From: Utricularia gibba
Taxonomy: Eukaryota; Plantae; Magnoliophyta
Length of the DNA: 39,990 nucleotides
Assembly (NCBI GenBank): GCA_002189035.1
Contig: NEEC01000348.1
Location: forward strand, 1-39,990
Reading direction: 5' to 3'
The position numbers and the translations under genes were made by a program. A model generated the notes under the pieces. It made no database searches. It saw nothing but the letters and a program-made list of their open reading frames with translations, and had not been told where the DNA came from. Each line of letters starts with the position of its first letter. Position 1 is the first letter of the stretch. Below are positions 39,001 through 39,990 of this stretch, piece by piece.

Positions 39001-39990
39001 CGAAAATCGTGATGCATTTATTGAAGTTAGGATGTCATGAGCACCCCAAATGGTTTTCTCATCCACAAGCTTTATATTTGAGGAGGCGCTCTCGAGGGGC
39101 ACCAGGATCGGGCCGGAGGTCGGGTCGGCTCGGGCCCATAGTCATTTGTAGCCCGGCAAAAAAAGTGATCCATTTATTAACGTTGGGTTTTCGGCAGCTG
39201 CTTACATGTTTCTGAAGGAAAAGCTTGTCGTTTTTTGGTGGGTGCTTTCGTTGGAAGTTCATCCGGACCCAAGGTTCGGTTCGACTCCTGAGCCCAATCG
39301 GGTCCTATTCGACGAAAATCGTGATGCATTTATTGAAGTTAGGATGTCATGAGCACCCCAAATGGTTTTCTCAACCACAGCTTTTTATTTGAGGAGGCGC
39401 TCTCGAGGGGCACTAGGATCGGGCCGGAGGTCGAACTCGGGCCCATAGTCATTTGTAGCCCGGCAAAAAAAGTGATCCATTTATTAACGTTGGGTTTTCG
39501 GCAGCTGCCTACATTGTTTCTGAAGGAAAAGCTTGTCGTTTTTGGGTGGGTGCTTTCGTTGGGAAGTTCATCCGGACCCAAGGTTCGTTCGACTCCTGAG
39601 CCCAATCGGGTCCTATTCGACGAAATCGTGATGCATTTATTGAAGTTAGGATGTCATGAGCACCCCAAATGGTTTTCTCATCCACAAGCTTTATATTTGA
39701 GGAGGCGCTCTCGAGGGGCACCAGGATCGGGCGGAGGTCGGGTCGGCTCGGGCCCATAGTCATTTGTACCCGGCAAAAAAAAGTGATCCATTTATTAACG
39801 TTGGGTTTTCGGCAGCTGCTACATTGTTTCTGAAGGAAAAGCTTGTCGTTTTGGGTGGGTGCTTTCGTTGGGAAGTTCATCCGGACCCAAGGTTCTGTTC
39901 GACTCCTGAGCCCAATCGGGTCCTATTCGACGAAAATCGTGATGCATTTATTGAAGTTAGGATGTCATGAGCACCCCAAATGGTTTTCTC
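33003..39990 (+). repeat. Divergent haplotype sub-domain of the satellite with irregular HOR order
   Basis: attcgac (rather than attcaac) occurs in most A1-derived monomers here. ggttctgttcg, cccgatc, cactaggattggg, gaggaagcg and tattaattggg are largely or wholly restricted to this part. Confidence 0.75.

Larger units (their letters stand above)
1..39990. repeat. Tandem satellite DNA array, ~315-bp consensus monomer, 129 full copies plus one partial, single orientation
   Basis: The anchor TGATCC(attt)attaacgttggg recurs at 1, 311, 620, 931, 1235, 1547 ... 39166, 39473, 39784. Mean spacing is (39784-1)/129 = 308.4 bp. No unique sequence longer than ~30 bp and no inverted monomer were seen. 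Confidence 0.99.

Noticed and set aside
183-39970. Several hundred ORFs of 60-221 aa on both strands (e.g. 19597-20262, 22389-23012, 32383-32985)
   Set aside because: All are translations of the same repeat (MIHLLTLGFRQLPT..., KLGCHEHPKW..., TIWGAHDILTS...). Their length depends on chance indels joining frames across monomers. Frames are not preserved between copies and no recognisable domain is present.
1-39990. CRISPR array
   Set aside because: There are no unique spacers; the whole 315 bp repeats, and no cas genes are present.
1-39990. Functional 5S rDNA tandem array (unit length is similar to some 5S arrays)
   Set aside because: No contiguous ~120-nt 5S gene is recognisable; only 4-8-nt matches exist. 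The unit is instead explained as a dimer of ~157-bp subunits.
1-39990. Transposon or LTR insertion, or strand inversion within the array
   Set aside because: The monomer anchor was found at every expected interval (290-316 bp) in the same orientation, leaving no room for an insertion.
1-39990. Assignment to a named satellite family or species
   Set aside because: I do not recognise the sequence. It does not resemble maize CentC as I recall it. A BLAST or Dfam/PlantSat search is needed.

Overview
The whole 39,990-bp window is one uninterrupted, head-to-tail satellite DNA array in a single orientation. Using the anchor (g)TGATCC I counted 129 complete monomers plus a 207-bp partial copy at the end. 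The observed mean period is 308.4 bp, my by-eye consensus is about 315 bp, and GC is about 50%. There are no credible genes, RNA genes, CRISPR spacers or transposon insertions; every listed ORF is a read-through of the repeat. The internal architecture is the interesting part. (i) The monomer is an old dimer of two diverged ~157-158-bp subunits (A and B). (ii) Monomers fall into recurring subtypes. A-halves: A1 cctacattg/ctgcgccc; A2 gtctttt/gaacttcgtcc/atttgac; A3 cttacatgg/ctttcattg/caacatgcattttt. B-halves: X aaccacatg/cactagg/catatcgaac; W cactaggatctgg/tcgaaatc; Y caggtc/cccgggaaaa; Z tggctttctc/aagattt/ggctgg. (iii) These subtypes form higher-order repeats (HORs) whose period changes along the array: 2-mer inserts at 1-8 kb, 3-mer at 8.3-12 kb, 4-mer at 12-21 kb, 5-mer at 22.5-30.2 kb, then a distinct haplotype domain from about 33 kb. 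Many subtype-defining substitutions sit at CG and CHG sites, which hints at a plant-type methylated genome. Widespread homopolymer shortening and scattered small deletions suggest an unpolished long read or contig, so single-copy variants are unreliable. I cannot name the organism or the satellite family. Centromeric function is plausible but cannot be shown from sequence. I found no evidence of a new gene-encoded system.
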